A stretch of DNA of 64,000 nt from Octopus sinensis (Eukaryota), in the NCBI RefSeq assembly GCF_006345805.1, contig NC_043021.1:15686001-15750000 (forward strand), in the 5' to 3' direction. This document shows, piece by piece, positions 62,940 through 64,000 of the stretch. Both the position numbers and the translations under genes were made by a program. Each line of letters opens with the position of its first letter. The stretch's first letter is position 1. The notes under the pieces are model-generated. The model was given only the letters and a program-made list of their open reading frames with translations. It was not told the DNA's origin and made no database searches.

Positions 62940-63680
62940 TATTCAAAACTCCATCTGGACTCTTTGTGCAACCCTGAGACACTAACTGAAACCCGCTGCC
63001 CAGAAATCTACAATAAACCAGGAGTCTGTCCACAAGTCTATTCTTGCTGGCTGGCTGGCCAAGAAAGAGGCTGATTGATTTTTCCCTATTTTGTTACCTG
63101 ACATCACTCTCTCCTTCATTTCCAGTACATTACCCCCACTAGGGCACATGCTTCCCTGATCTAAAGATCCCTTCACAATCCTCTCATTCCACTTCAAAAT
63201 CTTCCATCCACTTAAATGGATTTTGCTCCCTTTGTGACCTTTGCAAGTTTGTGGGGCCAAGTTCACCCTCTTCTTGTCCTTTATCATCTGAGCTGACAAC
63301 CCTATGGCTGTCCAGAATGTGATGTAGCATTCCATCGACTGATACTATTTCAAGAATTCACTTCCATCGAACTCCCACACCCCACAAATAGTACACTGCA
63401 CATTGGGTGATTTCATCCATACCTCTTCCTAATCTGAACAGATGCAAGTCCTTTCTCTTCCGTGAAATGCTGTGGTACAGTGCTCGGGTGTCCCTGTTTG
63501 TACCTGAACACTGCTCTTTGTAGGGATTGACCCCTTAGCTTGTCTCTTGTGTGACATATTACACCCAGAAGACAGCCTTAATAAGGGAGATTCACCCCTA
63601 TCTCAATAGTGATCTTGAGTGGGCAATGGTGTCCTTCCATGATCCAATTTCCACTTGGCCTGTTTGCAGTTCTGAAGAAG
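62940..63680 (-). mobile_element. Degraded coding-like sequence, possibly an L1/Tx1-type LINE remnant
   Basis: Unique, GC-balanced sequence with broken frames (e.g. CHTRDKL, NRDTRALYHSI). Assignment is weak. Confidence 0.25.
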
Positions 63681-64000
63681 CATCTGATGTTACACCTATT
63701 TCTTTATTACCCACAAGGGGCTAAACACAGAGAGGACAAACAAAGACAGACAAACGGATTAAGTCAATTATATTGACCCCAGTGCGTAACTGGTACTTGA
63801 TTTATCGACCCCAAAAGGATGAAAGGCAAAGTCGACCTCAGTAGAATTTGAACTCAGAACATAACGGCAGGCGAAATGCGGGAAAGCATATCACCTGGCG
63901 TGCTAACGTTTCTGCCAGCTCGCCGCCTTTTACACCTGACAAACATTTCCTTCGGCAGCCCCAAATGAAATGTAGTATATTCTAGGAGTACTGCATTCAA

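Overview
AT-rich, repeat-dense metazoan genomic DNA. The SINE families, (TA/CA)n load and intron sizes suggest a coleoid cephalopod, probably Octopus (inference). The only gene I can support is numb on the + strand. Four exons join in frame: 41772-41961 (end of the PTB domain), 45761-45976 (NumbF), 50133-50384, and 53844-54574 (DPF/NPF motifs, ending FQVQL*). A U-rich 3' UTR follows. I could not find the upstream PTB exons, so bases 1-41771 are probably one very large intron or carry unrecognised exons. The rest is CORE-type and other tRNA-derived SINEs, CR1 and RTE LINE ends, Tc1/mariner and piggyBac-type MITEs, a Helitron 3' end, two decayed tRNA-Ser(AGA) copies and long microsatellites. Main leads: (1) two related type I hammerhead ribozyme-like elements on the minus strand; (2) a 33-nt phase-0 candidate microexon resembling the vertebrate Numb PTB insert, with a pre-miRNA-like hairpin about 230 nt upstream; (3) a triple ACUAAC cluster after the PTB exon; (4) many fold-back dsRNA structures in numb introns; (5) degenerate minisatellites whose conserved cores match RFX or RUNX motifs. 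All pairings were traced by eye; no folding or database search was run.
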